Below, one piece after another: positions 30,025 to 47,467 of a stretch of 64,000 bases of DNA. A program made the translations under genes and the position numbers. Position 1 is the stretch's first letter. Each line of letters begins with the position of its first letter. This DNA comes from Escherichia coli (lineage in GTDB: Bacteria > Pseudomonadota > Gammaproteobacteria > Enterobacterales > Enterobacteriaceae): NCBI RefSeq assembly GCF_017348835.2, contig NZ_CP071375.1. One strand, written 5' to 3'. The notes beneath the pieces are model-generated. The model saw only the letters and a program-made list of their open reading frames with translations. It was not told where the DNA came from and did not search any database.

Positions 30025-30071
30025 CTCTCCTGGTTGTGGGGATACAGGCGACCCACAGGCCGCCCGACTGT

Positions 30072-30836
30072 TTAGAAACCGATCAGCGCGCCGCCATCGA
30101 CAATCAGAACCTGACCGCTAACGAAACCGGCAGCATCAGAAGCCAGATAGGTTGCAGCCCAGCCGATATCTTCTGGTTTGCCGAATTTTTTCATCGGTGT
30201 ACGACCAAGAATTTTATTTTTACGCTCATCGTCACCCTCAATGGCTTTGCGCAGCATTGGCGTATCAATCCAGCCCGGAGCGACGCCGTTAACGCGGATC
30301 CCTGCGCCAGAAAGTTCGGTTGCCATGCCATGAATCAGCCCGAGGTAGGCAGACTTCGCGGCAGCATAGCCGGTGACATAAGGTTGACCGAGGAACGATG
30401 TCATTGAGGCGGTAAAAAGCACACAGGCATTGCCATGCTGTTTCATATGAGGGACCAGCGAGCGAGTCAGAGCGAACGCGCCAACGACATGGACATCAAG
30501 AACCGATTCAAAATCAGCGACGCTCATCTCTTCGATCGGTTTTTTACAGTGATTTCCGGCGTTATTGACCAGAATATCGATCTGATTATGCTGGCTCAGA
30601 AGGCCGTCTACCCAACTTTCCGTCTCGTCAGTGTGGGCCACATTGAACTGGCTCCAGGATGCATTTGGCCCCAGCGACTCGGCAGCGTTTTTGGCAGCTT
30701 CGCCATTGAGATCGGCAATGATGACTTTTGCGCCACAGGCGATCATGCATTTAGCCATTGCATAGCCCAGGCCACTGGCGGAACCGGTGATCAGGGCAGT
30801 TTTATTTTCCAGTGAAAAGGGGTTATTCATCGTCAT
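30072..30836 (-). CDS. Short-chain dehydrogenase/reductase (SDR) oxidoreductase
   Basis: 254-aa ORF with TGSASGLG cofactor motif and YAAAK catalytic pair. Confidence 0.8.
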   Translation of the reverse strand: MTMNNPFSLENKTALITGSASGLGYAMAKCMIACGAKVIIADLNGEAAKNAAESLGPNASWSQFNVAHTDETESWVDGLLSQHNQIDILVNNAGNHCKKPIEEMSVADFESVLDVHVVGAFALTRSLVPHMKQHGNACVLFTASMTSFLGQPYVTGYAAAKSAYLGLIHGMATELSGAGIRVNGVAPGWIDTPMLRKAIEGDDERKNKILGRTPMKKFGKPEDIGWAATYLASDAAGFVSGQVLIVDGGALIGF

Positions 30837-30861
30837 GATTTTTTTCTCGTCAGATAAAGGG

Positions 30862-31875
30862 TTAGAGGTCGATTAAAATTTTGGTGAATGCGCCGGGATC
30901 GGCGGCCCAGTCGCTGAACGCCCGATCGGCAGTATCAATCGGGTAGTGCGCGGAAATAATTAGCTCAATGGGGTAGCACTGCTTTTCCATTAAAGAGAGA
31001 ACTGCTCTGAAATCGGCAACGGTGGCGTTGCGGGAACCACGGATATCCAGCTCTTTCATGAGGAAGCGCGCGCTCTCATAATTCACCGGTTTTTTCGCAT
31101 AGCCGACGTACACCACGCGCCCGCAGAAGGCAGCCAGCTCGACTGCCTGCTCGATGGTTTTATCCAGGCCAATGGCTTCAATCACCACCGCAGGACCGCG
31201 GTCTTCGTTCAGTTTCGCCAGGATCTCAGCAACATTTTCGCGTGCGCTGTTGATATACCTTTCGGCACCACATGCCTTCGCTACCGCCTGCTTACGATCG
31301 TCGATATCAATGGCTACCACGCGACCGCCCATCGCGTTAGCTGCTGCAATAGCGCCAAGACCAATCACGCCGCAGCCCATAACGACGACCCATTCGCCAA
31401 CATTGATTTGCGCCCGGCGCGCAGCGTGAAGACCAACGGCTAATGGTTCGACTAACGCCAGTTCGTCACTGGAAAGGGAATTACAGACAATGACTTTATT
31501 GGCCGGAATAGACAGCAGCGGCACCATACCGCCCTGGCGCTGAACGCCAAGAGTCTGGTTGTTTTTACAGGCATTCGGGCGACCGCTCAGACAGGAACTG
31601 CAATGACCGCATTCGGTACAGGGCAGAACAACAACACGATCGCCTTCCAGAATATGTTTAACCTGGCTGCCTGTTTGCAGGATCTTGCCGCCGATTTCAT
31701 GACCGGGAATGCAAGGATACTGCGTGAGGGGATTTAGCCCGCGCCAGGTATTTAAATCTGAACCGCATAAACCAACTCGTTCAACACGAATTAATACATG
31801 GTCGGCTGGGCAATCAGGTTCGGCGATATCAATAAATCGCGTTACGGAACCTTTATCAATGGCTAACGCTTTCAT
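30862..31875 (-). CDS. Zinc-dependent medium-chain alcohol/polyol dehydrogenase
   Basis: Start taken at MKALAIDKG (337 aa); GHEIGG zinc motif, structural-zinc Cys cluster CTECGHCSSC, GCGVIG Rossmann motif. Confidence 0.8.
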   Translation of the reverse strand: MKALAIDKGSVTRFIDIAEPDCPADHVLIRVERVGLCGSDLNTWRGLNPLTQYPCIPGHEIGGKILQTGSQVKHILEGDRVVVLPCTECGHCSSCLSGRPNACKNNQTLGVQRQGGMVPLLSIPANKVIVCNSLSSDELALVEPLAVGLHAARRAQINVGEWVVVMGCGVIGLGAIAAANAMGGRVVAIDIDDRKQAVAKACGAERYINSARENVAEILAKLNEDRGPAVVIEAIGLDKTIEQAVELAAFCGRVVYVGYAKKPVNYESARFLMKELDIRGSRNATVADFRAVLSLMEKQCYPIELIISAHYPIDTADRAFSDWAADPGAFTKILIDL

Positions 31876-31888
31876 ATAAAAACCTTTT

Positions 31889-33187
31889 TTAAAGTGAATC
31901 GGATGAAATAACAGAATCGGTATTTTTAATATTTCTCTTAATAGGTTTAACGCCAAAGGCTACCCCAAGAGCGCCGATTACCCCAATGGCACCCGCAAGA
32001 ATAAATGCAGCAATAAAACTATTGGTATATTGGACAATGAAGCCAGTTAAAATAGGGGCGATAATTCCCGAGGTGTTTGCCAGTAAATGTACAAAACCAC
32101 CAACGCCACCGACTTTATCAGGGGAAATATTATCGGAGACAATTGCCCACGGCGCGGCAGCGGCGAGATACATAAAGAAGATACCCATTGCCATTAACAT
32201 CACTGCATTTGTTACGGAGGCAACCTGACCCGCAAAACTGATACAAATAGCCGAGAGAATTAACCCTCCAACGATAATTAACTTTCTGGCCAGCAGCAGA
32301 TTTTTGGTTTTGCGATATAACCAGTCTGAAAACATACCGCCAATAGCAATACCAACGCTACCAATAATCCACGGAATGGCCGAGGCAATACTCATCTCCT
32401 GAATATTTAGTCCCTTTTCCATTGAGAGATAACTTGGAAACCAGGTTAAAAAGAAATACAGAATATAGTTAATAGAGAAGAATGCCAGGCCAGTGAACAG
32501 AACTATAGGCTGGGTCAGGTAGAAGATAAAAGGCACTTTGGCTGAGTCAGTGCCGTAGCCTGGCGCGCCTTTTTGCGCCTCATCATACTCGGCAATTTCT
32601 TCTTTCGATGTATGAGGGTTATTATGTGGACGATCGGTAAATGCTTTAATCCAGAAAAATGTCCAGATAAAACCCAGAGACATTAAAATGATAAAAGCGA
32701 TGCGCCAGTTCCACATCACCACGATTGCGCCAACAATCGGACCCGCAATCGCACCACCCAAAGGGTTGCCCGCGTTTGCGATGCCCACAGCTCTGGCGCG
32801 CTGATCAAGCGGAACCCAGTTACTAATGCATTTGTTGATCGTCGTACTAATCGGGCCTTCGCTCATCCCGAATAATACGCGCACGATAAACAAAGATATA
32901 TAACCGAAAGCGAGGCCAGTCAGCCCACAGAACAATGACCAGGAAAGCATTGCAATGGCAAAAACTTTGCGGGGACCATAGAGATCGGATAAATAGCCAC
33001 CAACAAAGTTAAATAATGCATAACCAAAGAAAAAACTACTCAGCATAATCCCAACTTCGGCTGGGTTTAGGCCAAAATGATCTTTGATATAGGGCATTGC
33101 CACAGAAAATGCCGCACGATCGAGATAATTAATTATTCCAGCGATAAACAGCAGGAATAATATTTTGGAATGCTGTCGTTTGAACAT
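31889..33187 (-). CDS. MFS transporter, anion:cation symporter type (hexuronate/aldonate-like)
   Basis: 432-aa ORF with many hydrophobic segments and NYLDRAAFSVAMP motif near the N-terminus; AT-rich coding sequence. Confidence 0.75.
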   Translation of the reverse strand: MFKRQHSKILFLLFIAGIINYLDRAAFSVAMPYIKDHFGLNPAEVGIMLSSFFFGYALFNFVGGYLSDLYGPRKVFAIAMLSWSLFCGLTGLAFGYISLFIVRVLFGMSEGPISTTINKCISNWVPLDQRARAVGIANAGNPLGGAIAGPIVGAIVVMWNWRIAFIILMSLGFIWTFFWIKAFTDRPHNNPHTSKEEIAEYDEAQKGAPGYGTDSAKVPFIFYLTQPIVLFTGLAFFSINYILYFFLTWFPSYLSMEKGLNIQEMSIASAIPWIIGSVGIAIGGMFSDWLYRKTKNLLLARKLIIVGGLILSAICISFAGQVASVTNAVMLMAMGIFFMYLAAAAPWAIVSDNISPDKVGGVGGFVHLLANTSGIIAPILTGFIVQYTNSFIAAFILAGAIGVIGALGVAFGVKPIKRNIKNTDSVISSDSL

Positions 33188-33254
33188 AGCAAGTCCTGCA
33201 TAAATAATTTATGTGAATAGTGGTAGGGTAGAATTAATAATTTAAATATATGAT

Positions 33255-33941
33255 CTACATCACACCGAACTTTTCAAATACTTCCACGGTGCTCATGCCA
33301 TTTTTTATCGCCAGACGAACATCACTTTCGGTTGCGACTTTATTCAGTGCTTCAGCTATTACCTCCTTTTCAACTTCTTTTGGAATAACTAAAAGACCAT
33401 CGCAGTCGCCATAAATAATATCGCCGGGATTTATCACCACACCGCAAACTTCAACCGGGACGTTATAATCAATGACTTTTCCTCGCGGCCCCTGATCCTG
33501 AGCATAAGTACCATAACTAAATGTGGGGAAATTAATATCAAGAATTTCTTTAGAGTCCCGGACATAACCATCAAGAACAGCACCGGCGGCCTTAAGATGC
33601 ATAGCGCGAGTGGACATTAAACCGCCCCATAATGCGTAACGTAGCGAACTTCCTGTCGCAATATAAACATCGTTTTCTTTCAGCGAATCCAGCGCCTCAA
33701 ACATAATACCGAACGGTTTTTTACCAATTGCTGTATTCCCCGACGATGAGTGCAACTCATAAACATCGGCTTCAAGAACAGGCATAGCCCGCCCTGCGAG
33801 AACCATACTGGAGTGTAAAGGTTTCATTGAAGGAGAAACAAACTGATGCAAATATCCTTTGGTATCAAGAATATCGCCAACAACGGCAGTAAATAACTGC
33901 GTACGCATCAACTGAAAAAGTTCCTTGTCATTGTTCCACAT
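33255..33941 (-). CDS. RraA-like / class II aldolase-decarboxylase family protein
   Basis: 228-aa ORF; length and sequence resemble the RraA/HMG-CHA aldolase fold rather than 161-aa RraA itself. Confidence 0.6.
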   Translation of the reverse strand: MWNNDKELFQLMRTQLFTAVVGDILDTKGYLHQFVSPSMKPLHSSMVLAGRAMPVLEADVYELHSSSGNTAIGKKPFGIMFEALDSLKENDVYIATGSSLRYALWGGLMSTRAMHLKAAGAVLDGYVRDSKEILDINFPTFSYGTYAQDQGPRGKVIDYNVPVEVCGVVINPGDIIYGDCDGLLVIPKEVEKEVIAEALNKVATESDVRLAIKNGMSTVEVFEKFGVM

Positions 33942-33992
33942 AATTAACGATCCTGAATTGTAGTGAGGAGGTGTGAACAGAGACTAGAGTAG

Positions 33993-34025
33993 AACCTATA
34001 AACCTGTCAAACAGGTTTATAGGTT
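33993..34025. promoter_or_regulatory. Perfect 15-bp inverted repeat, candidate operator in the divergent promoter region
   Basis: AACCTATAAACCTGT-caa-ACAGGTTTATAGGTT, 52 bp upstream of the RraA-like gene start and ~210 bp upstream of the GntR-type regulator gene. Confidence 0.55.
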
Positions 34026-34236
34026 GAAGAGTGTAAACGATCGCACTCTGCGAGCCTCTTCACAATTTCAGCTATGGTTTACTGCGATCGCTTTTCAACC
34101 GGATGCGTCCTATCGCTGCTACGCCTTTTTCGGTAACATACGAACCAAAGGTAGGAGGGATTATCTGTAACGCTATGATTTTTAAGTTTTAGATAAGATA
34201 TGTTGCGGCTGAAACAGGTAATATCTGCTCGGTAAA

Positions 34237-34965
34237 TTGATGGCAAGAATGATGACAACGAAAATTCAGCTAGAAAGTAACACGCTCTCAGCCCAGGTAC
34301 GAGACTACATACTGTCGTTAATTGCGCGGCAAAAGTTAACCGTCGGGATGCCGGTGCCCAGTGAAATGCAACTTACCCAGGAACTTGGCGTCAGTAAGGG
34401 CGTTGTCCGTGAGGCCTATCGTTCACTTGCCGCCCTTGGAATACTCGAAACCAAAAGTGGTAAAGTGCCACGCATTAAAGCCTTTGATTCTAGCGTGTTG
34501 CAGGTCATTTTTTCCTTTGCGACGCTGACCGAGCAGGTCAGTTCTTCACAGATACTTGCCGCCAGACGTTGGCTGGAAGCCGGATGCGTACAAATGGCGG
34601 CGCTCAATGGAGATGAAGAGGATTTTGCTGCGCTGAAGCAAGAAATGTCGTTGATACGCGAAGAGTTTTCTGACACCGAGCGTTTCCTGGAACATGATTT
34701 AAATTTCCATTTGCTGTTATCGCAGGCATCTAAAAATCCTTTATTCAGCATTCTGTTGCAGGCTTTACACACCCAGTTAACCCACTCAATGCGAGCGGGT
34801 CTGGAAGCACAACGCAATAATCATGAATATGAGCGTGGGATAATTGCATTGCACCAACGTGTTTGTGACTGTGTTTGTAATCGCGATGCTGAAGGTGCGA
34901 TGAAAGCCATGGATGAGCATTTCAACCTCTCTTCTGATGCTTTAAACAATCAGTCTCCTCTTTAA
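34237..34965 (+). CDS. GntR/FadR-family transcriptional regulator
   Basis: 242-aa ORF with N-terminal winged-HTH (QLTQELGVSKGVVREAYRSLAALGILE) and a C-terminal helical ligand domain; divergent from the catabolic genes. Confidence 0.8.
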   Translation: MMARMMTTKIQLESNTLSAQVRDYILSLIARQKLTVGMPVPSEMQLTQELGVSKGVVREAYRSLAALGILETKSGKVPRIKAFDSSVLQVIFSFATLTEQVSSSQILAARRWLEAGCVQMAALNGDEEDFAALKQEMSLIREEFSDTERFLEHDLNFHLLLSQASKNPLFSILLQALHTQLTHSMRAGLEAQRNNHEYERGIIALHQRVCDCVCNRDAEGAMKAMDEHFNLSSDALNNQSPL

Positions 34966-34989
34966 TTAAGCGATTCAGCACCTTATCTC

Positions 34990-35013
34990 AGGCACCTTCG
35001 GGTGCCTTTTTTG
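34990..35013 (+). terminator. Rho-independent terminator after the GntR-type regulator gene
   Basis: aggcacc-ttcg-ggtgcct followed by TTTTTT. Confidence 0.8.
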
Positions 35014-35213
35014 TACCCGAAACGCCCTTCATAAAGTGAATGTTTTTTATTTATATTGTTATCAATAAGTTATCAAGTATTTTTAATTAAAATGGAAATT
35101 GTTTTTGATTTTGCATTTTAAATGAGTAGTCTTAGTTGTGCTGAACGAAAAGCGCACAACGATCCTTCGTTCACAGTGGGGAAGTTTTCGGATCCATGAC
35201 GAGGAGCTGCACG

Positions 35214-36815
35214 ATGACTGAACAGGCAACAACAACCGATGAACTGGCTTTCACAAGGCCTTATGGCGAGCAGGAGAAGCAAATTCTTACTGCCGAAGCG
35301 GTAGAATTTCTGACTGAGCTGGTGACGCATTTTACGCCACAACGCAATAAACTTCTGGCGGCGCGTATTCAGCAGCAGCAAGATATTGATAACGGAACGT
35401 TGCCTGATTTTATTTCGGAAACAGCTTCCATTCGTGATACAGACTGGAAAATTCGTGGTATTCCCGCGGACTTACAAGATCGTCGAGTCGAGATAACTGG
35501 CCCGGTTGAGCGCAAGATGGTGATCAACGCACTCAACGCCAATGTGAAAGTCTTTATGGCCGATTTCGAAGATTCACTGGCACCAGACTGGAACAAAGTG
35601 ATCGACGGGCAAATAAACCTGCGTGATGCAGTTAACGGCACCATCAGCTATACCAATGAAGCAGGCAAAATTTATCAGCTCAAGCCCAATCCAGCGGTTT
35701 TGATTTGTCGGGTACGCGGTCTGCACTTGCCGGAAAAACATGTCACCTGGCGTGGTGAGGCAATCCCCGGTAGCCTGTTTGATTTTGTGCTCTATTTCTT
35801 CCACAACTATCAGGCACTGTTGGCAAAGGGCAGCGGTCCCTATTTCTATCTGCCGAAAACCCAGTCCTGGCAGGAAGCGGCCTGGTGGAGCGAAGTCTTC
35901 AGCTATGCAGAAGATCGCTTTAATCTGCCGCGCGGCACCATCAAGGCGACGTTGCTGATTGAAACGCTGCCCGCCGTGTTCCAGATGGACGAAATCCTTC
36001 ACGCACTGCGTGACCATATTGTTGGTCTGAACTGCGGTCGTTGGGATTACATCTTCAGTTATATCAAAACGTTGAAAAACTATCCCGATCGCGTCCTGCC
36101 AGACAGACAGGCAGTGACGATGGATAAACCATTCCTGAATGCTTACTCACGCCTGTTAATCAAAACCTGCCATAAACGCGGTGCTTTTGCGATGGGCGGC
36201 ATGGCGGCGTTTATTCCGAGCAAAGATGAAGAGCGCAATAACCAGGTGCTCAACAAAGTAAAAGCGGATAAATCGCTGGAAGCCAACAACGGTCACGATG
36301 GCACATGGATCGCTCACCCAGGCCTTGCGGATACGGCAATGGCGGTATTCAACGACATTCTCGGCTCCCGTAAAAATCAGCTTGAAGTGATGCGCGAACA
36401 AGACGCGCCGATTACTGCCAATCAGCTACTGGCACCTTGTGATGGTGAACGCACCGAAGAAGGTATGCGCGCCAACATTCGCGTGGCTGTGCAGTACATC
36501 GAAGCGTGGATCTCCGGCAACGGCTGCGTGCCGATTTATGGCCTGATGGAAGATGCGGCGACGGCTGAAATTTCCCGTACCTCGATCTGGCAGTGGATCC
36601 ATCATCAAAAAACGTTGAGCAATGGCAAACCGGTGACCAAAGCCTTGTTCCGCCAGATGCTGGGCGAAGAGATGAAAGTCATTGCCAGCGAACTGGGCGA
36701 AGAACGTTTCTCCCAGGGGCGTTTTGACGATGCCGCACGCTTGATGGAACAGATCACCACTTCCGATGAGTTAATTGATTTCCTGACCCTGCCAGGCTAC
36801 CGCCTGTTAGCGTAA
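35214..36815 (+). CDS. aceB: Malate synthase A
   Basis: 533 aa from [21 protein letters not shown]; first gene of aceBAK. Confidence 0.95.
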   Translation: MTEQATTTDELAFTRPYGEQEKQILTAEAVEFLTELVTHFTPQRNKLLAARIQQQQDIDNGTLPDFISETASIRDTDWKIRGIPADLQDRRVEITGPVERKMVINALNANVKVFMADFEDSLAPDWNKVIDGQINLRDAVNGTISYTNEAGKIYQLKPNPAVLICRVRGLHLPEKHVTWRGEAIPGSLFDFVLYFFHNYQALLAKGSGPYFYLPKTQSWQEAAWWSEVFSYAEDRFNLPRGTIKATLLIETLPAVFQMDEILHALRDHIVGLNCGRWDYIFSYIKTLKNYPDRVLPDRQAVTMDKPFLNAYSRLLIKTCHKRGAFAMGGMAAFIPSKDEERNNQVLNKVKADKSLEANNGHDGTWIAHPGLADTAMAVFNDILGSRKNQLEVMREQDAPITANQLLAPCDGERTEEGMRANIRVAVQYIEAWISGNGCVPIYGLMEDAATAEISRTSIWQWIHHQKTLSNGKPVTKALFRQMLGEEMKVIASELGEERFSQGRFDDAARLMEQITTSDELIDFLTLPGYRLLA

Positions 36816-36844
36816 ACCACCACATAACTATGGAGCATCTGCAC

Positions 36845-38149
36845 ATGAAAACCCGTACACAACAAATTGAAGAATTACAGAAAGAGTGGACTCAACCGCG
36901 TTGGGAAGGCATTACTCGCCCATACAGCGCGGAAGATGTGGTGAAATTACGCGGTTCAGTCAATCCTGAATGCACGCTGGCGCAACTGGGCGCGGCGAAA
37001 ATGTGGCGTCTGCTGCATGGCGAGTCGAAAAAAGGCTACATCAACAGCCTCGGCGCACTGACTGGCGGTCAGGCGCTGCAACAGGCGAAAGCGGGTATTG
37101 AAGCAGTCTATCTGTCGGGATGGCAGGTAGCGGCGGACGCTAACCTGGCGGCCAGCATGTATCCGGATCAGTCGCTCTATCCGGCAAACTCGGTGCCAGC
37201 TGTGGTGGAGCGGATCAACAACACCTTCCGTCGTGCCGATCAGATCCAATGGTCCGCGGGCATTGAGCCGGGCGATCCGCGCTATGTCGATTACTTCCTG
37301 CCGATCGTTGCCGATGCGGAAGCCGGTTTTGGCGGTGTCCTGAATGCCTTTGAACTGATGAAAGCGATGATTGAAGCCGGTGCAGCGGCAGTTCACTTCG
37401 AAGATCAGCTGGCGTCAGTGAAGAAATGCGGTCACATGGGCGGCAAAGTTTTAGTGCCAACTCAGGAAGCTATTCAGAAACTGGTCGCGGCGCGTCTGGC
37501 AGCTGACGTGACGGGCGTTCCAACCCTGCTGGTTGCCCGTACCGATGCTGATGCGGCGGATCTGATCACCTCCGATTGCGACCCGTATGACAGCGAATTT
37601 ATTACCGGCGAGCGTACCAGTGAAGGCTTCTTCCGTACTCATGCGGGCATTGAGCAAGCGATCAGCCGTGGCCTGGCGTATGCGCCGTATGCTGACCTTG
37701 TATGGTGTGAAACTTCTACACCGGATCTGGAACTGGCGCGTCGCTTTGCACAAGCTATCCACGCGAAATATCCGGGCAAACTGCTGGCTTATAACTGCTC
37801 GCCGTCGTTCAACTGGCAGAAAAACCTCGACGACAAAACTATTGCCAGCTTCCAGCAGCAGCTGTCGGATATGGGCTACAAGTTCCAGTTCATCACCCTG
37901 GCAGGTATCCACAGCATGTGGTTCAACATGTTTGACCTGGCAAACGCCTATGCCCAGGGCGAGGGTATGAAGCACTACGTTGAGAAAGTGCAGCAGCCGG
38001 AATTTGCCGCCGCGAAAGATGGCTATACCTTCGTATCTCACCAGCAGGAAGTGGGTACAAGTTACTTCGATAAAGTGACGACTATTATTCAGGGCGGCAC
38101 GTCTTCAGTCACCGCGCTGACCGGCTCCACTGAAGAATCGCAGTTCTAA
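36845..38149 (+). CDS. aceA: Isocitrate lyase
   Basis: 434 aa from [15 protein letters not shown]; contains KKCGHMGGK active-site motif. Confidence 0.96.
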   Translation: MKTRTQQIEELQKEWTQPRWEGITRPYSAEDVVKLRGSVNPECTLAQLGAAKMWRLLHGESKKGYINSLGALTGGQALQQAKAGIEAVYLSGWQVAADANLAASMYPDQSLYPANSVPAVVERINNTFRRADQIQWSAGIEPGDPRYVDYFLPIVADAEAGFGGVLNAFELMKAMIEAGAAAVHFEDQLASVKKCGHMGGKVLVPTQEAIQKLVAARLAADVTGVPTLLVARTDADAADLITSDCDPYDSEFITGERTSEGFFRTHAGIEQAISRGLAYAPYADLVWCETSTPDLELARRFAQAIHAKYPGKLLAYNCSPSFNWQKNLDDKTIASFQQQLSDMGYKFQFITLAGIHSMWFNMFDLANAYAQGEGMKHYVEKVQQPEFAAAKDGYTFVSHQQEVGTSYFDKVTTIIQGGTSSVTALTGSTEESQF

Positions 38150-38159
38150 GCAACCTACA

Positions 38160-38320
38160 AACGTTGCTGACTGTAGGCCGGATAAGGCATTTACGCCGCA
38201 TCCGGCAATCAGTGCACGATGCCTGATGCGACGCTTGCGCGTCTTATCATGCCTACAACCGTTGCCGAACGTAGGCTGGATAAGGCGTTTACGCCGCATC
38301 CGGCAATTCTCTGCTCCTGA
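38160..38320. repeat. REP (repetitive extragenic palindromic) elements between aceA and aceK
   Basis: Repeated GCCGGATAAGGCATTTACGCCGCATCCGGCA / GCCTGATGCGACGCTTGCGCGTCTTATCA units in alternating orientation. Confidence 0.8.
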
Positions 38321-38332
38321 TGAGGGCGCTAA

Positions 38333-42224
<3,892 letters not shown>

Positions 42225-42540
42225 TTAAATATCTCATTGTTTATTGATGTCTTGAATTTTAACTATCAGAACAGTGAAAAAATTTAATATGATTACAACT
42301 AAAGAAATATCATAAATCGCTCAATCTCATAATGCAGCCGTAAAAGTTTCGGTGGAATGAGATCTTGCGATTTTGTTAATAATTAAGTGGTTTGATGTTT
42401 AAAAATAATGCTGAGTTAATAAAAGTGTGTGAAGTGTATGACATTAAGTTATTTTGGCGTCAATGCGATTAACAGACACCCTTATTCTATTGCCACTCAG
42501 GTATGATGGGCAGAATATTGCCTCTGCCCGCCAGAAAAAG

Positions 42541-43365
42541 TCAGCGCATTCCACCGTACGCCAGCGTCACTTCCTTCGCCGCTTTAATCACCATCGCGCC
42601 AAACTCGGTCACGCGGTCATCGGTAATACGTGAAATCGGTCCGGAAATAGAAATTGCGGCAAACGGTTCACGGTGCTCATCGAAAATACACGCTGCAAGG
42701 CAACGTAGCCCCAGTGCATGTTCCTCATCGTCAAATGAATAACCCCGTTTGCGCGTTTGGGCGAGATCTTCTTTTAAATGCACAGGAGACACCAGCGTTG
42801 CGTGGGTATAGGCATGTAACCCTTTGCGGTGCAGCAGCTTCGTCACCTGTTCTTCGCTCAGTTGGGCTAAAAAGGCTTTACCCGCACCGGAAGCGTGCAT
42901 CGGCAATTTACCGCCGATAGGCGCGGACATTCGCATCAGATGCGTACACTGTACCTGGTCGATAATAATCGCTTCGTGATCGCTTTGATCAAGCACCGCC
43001 ATATTGACCGTTTCACCAGATTCTTCCATTAGATTGCGCAGGATAGGGTGAACAATCGCTAACAAATTACGGCTCTGGAGAAAGCTGCTGCCGACCATAA
43101 AGGCATGTGCGCCGATTGCCCAATGTCCTAGTTCGCCGACCTGACGCACGAAACCCTGCTGTTGCATCGTGGTTAGCAGGCGGTGGGTCGTGGAGTTGGG
43201 TAACCCGGCTTGTTGCGCCAGCTCTGTGAGTGCCACACTGCCATTGGATTCGGCAATCCACTCCAGTAATTTCAGGCCACGCGTTAAAGACTGAACCTGT
43301 CCAGTCGCTGGTGCGGTGGCAACGGCGGGTTTTCTGCCGCGTTTCGCGGGAATGGGTGCGACCAT
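42541..43365 (-). CDS. iclR: Glyoxylate-shunt repressor, IclR family
   Basis: Start taken at MVAPIPAKRGRKPAV (274 aa); HTH near the N-terminus. Confidence 0.93.
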   Translation of the reverse strand: MVAPIPAKRGRKPAVATAPATGQVQSLTRGLKLLEWIAESNGSVALTELAQQAGLPNSTTHRLLTTMQQQGFVRQVGELGHWAIGAHAFMVGSSFLQSRNLLAIVHPILRNLMEESGETVNMAVLDQSDHEAIIIDQVQCTHLMRMSAPIGGKLPMHASGAGKAFLAQLSEEQVTKLLHRKGLHAYTHATLVSPVHLKEDLAQTRKRGYSFDDEEHALGLRCLAACIFDEHREPFAAISISGPISRITDDRVTEFGAMVIKAAKEVTLAYGGMR

Positions 43366-43564
43366 GACAGTCTCCTTTTTCTGTATCGTGGAAATCATTT
43401 TCATTTTTATTGTTAGCTAATGCAATAGTTGCTGAACTGATCCGATGAGTTAATGTTGAACAAATCTCATGTTGCGTGGTGGTCGCTTTTACCACAGATG
43501 CGTTTATGCCAGTATGGTTTGTTGAATTTTTATTAAATCTGGGTTGAGCGTGTCGGGAGCAAGT

Positions 43565-47248
<3,684 letters not shown>

Positions 47249-47276
47249 TTCACAAATCTGTCACTTTTCCTTACAA

Positions 47277-47310
47277 CAAACAGGGCGCTCAATGAGTGCC
47301 CTGTCTCTTT
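47277..47310 (+). terminator. Imperfect hairpin downstream of metH, possible terminator
   Basis: aacagggcgctca-a-tgagtgccctgt with one mismatch, followed by a T-rich stretch. Confidence 0.5.
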
Positions 47311-47467
47311 ATTAATATGAAACACTTATACTGGAATCAGGCTGGAATAATCTTAGCTGGAAAAACGAATGTTAAAAGGCACAGTAAAGATGCCAGTCAG
47401 CGTGTTTCCGGTCCTTTGGTCATTCAATTGCTTCAGGAACATATAACGATAAGGAGAACCTGAACTC

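Noticed and set aside
35080-35140. AAATGGAAATTGTTTTTGATTTTGCATTTTAAATGAG upstream of aceB as an IclR operator
   Set aside because: Plausible on position, but I cannot verify the match to the IclR box from memory with enough certainty.
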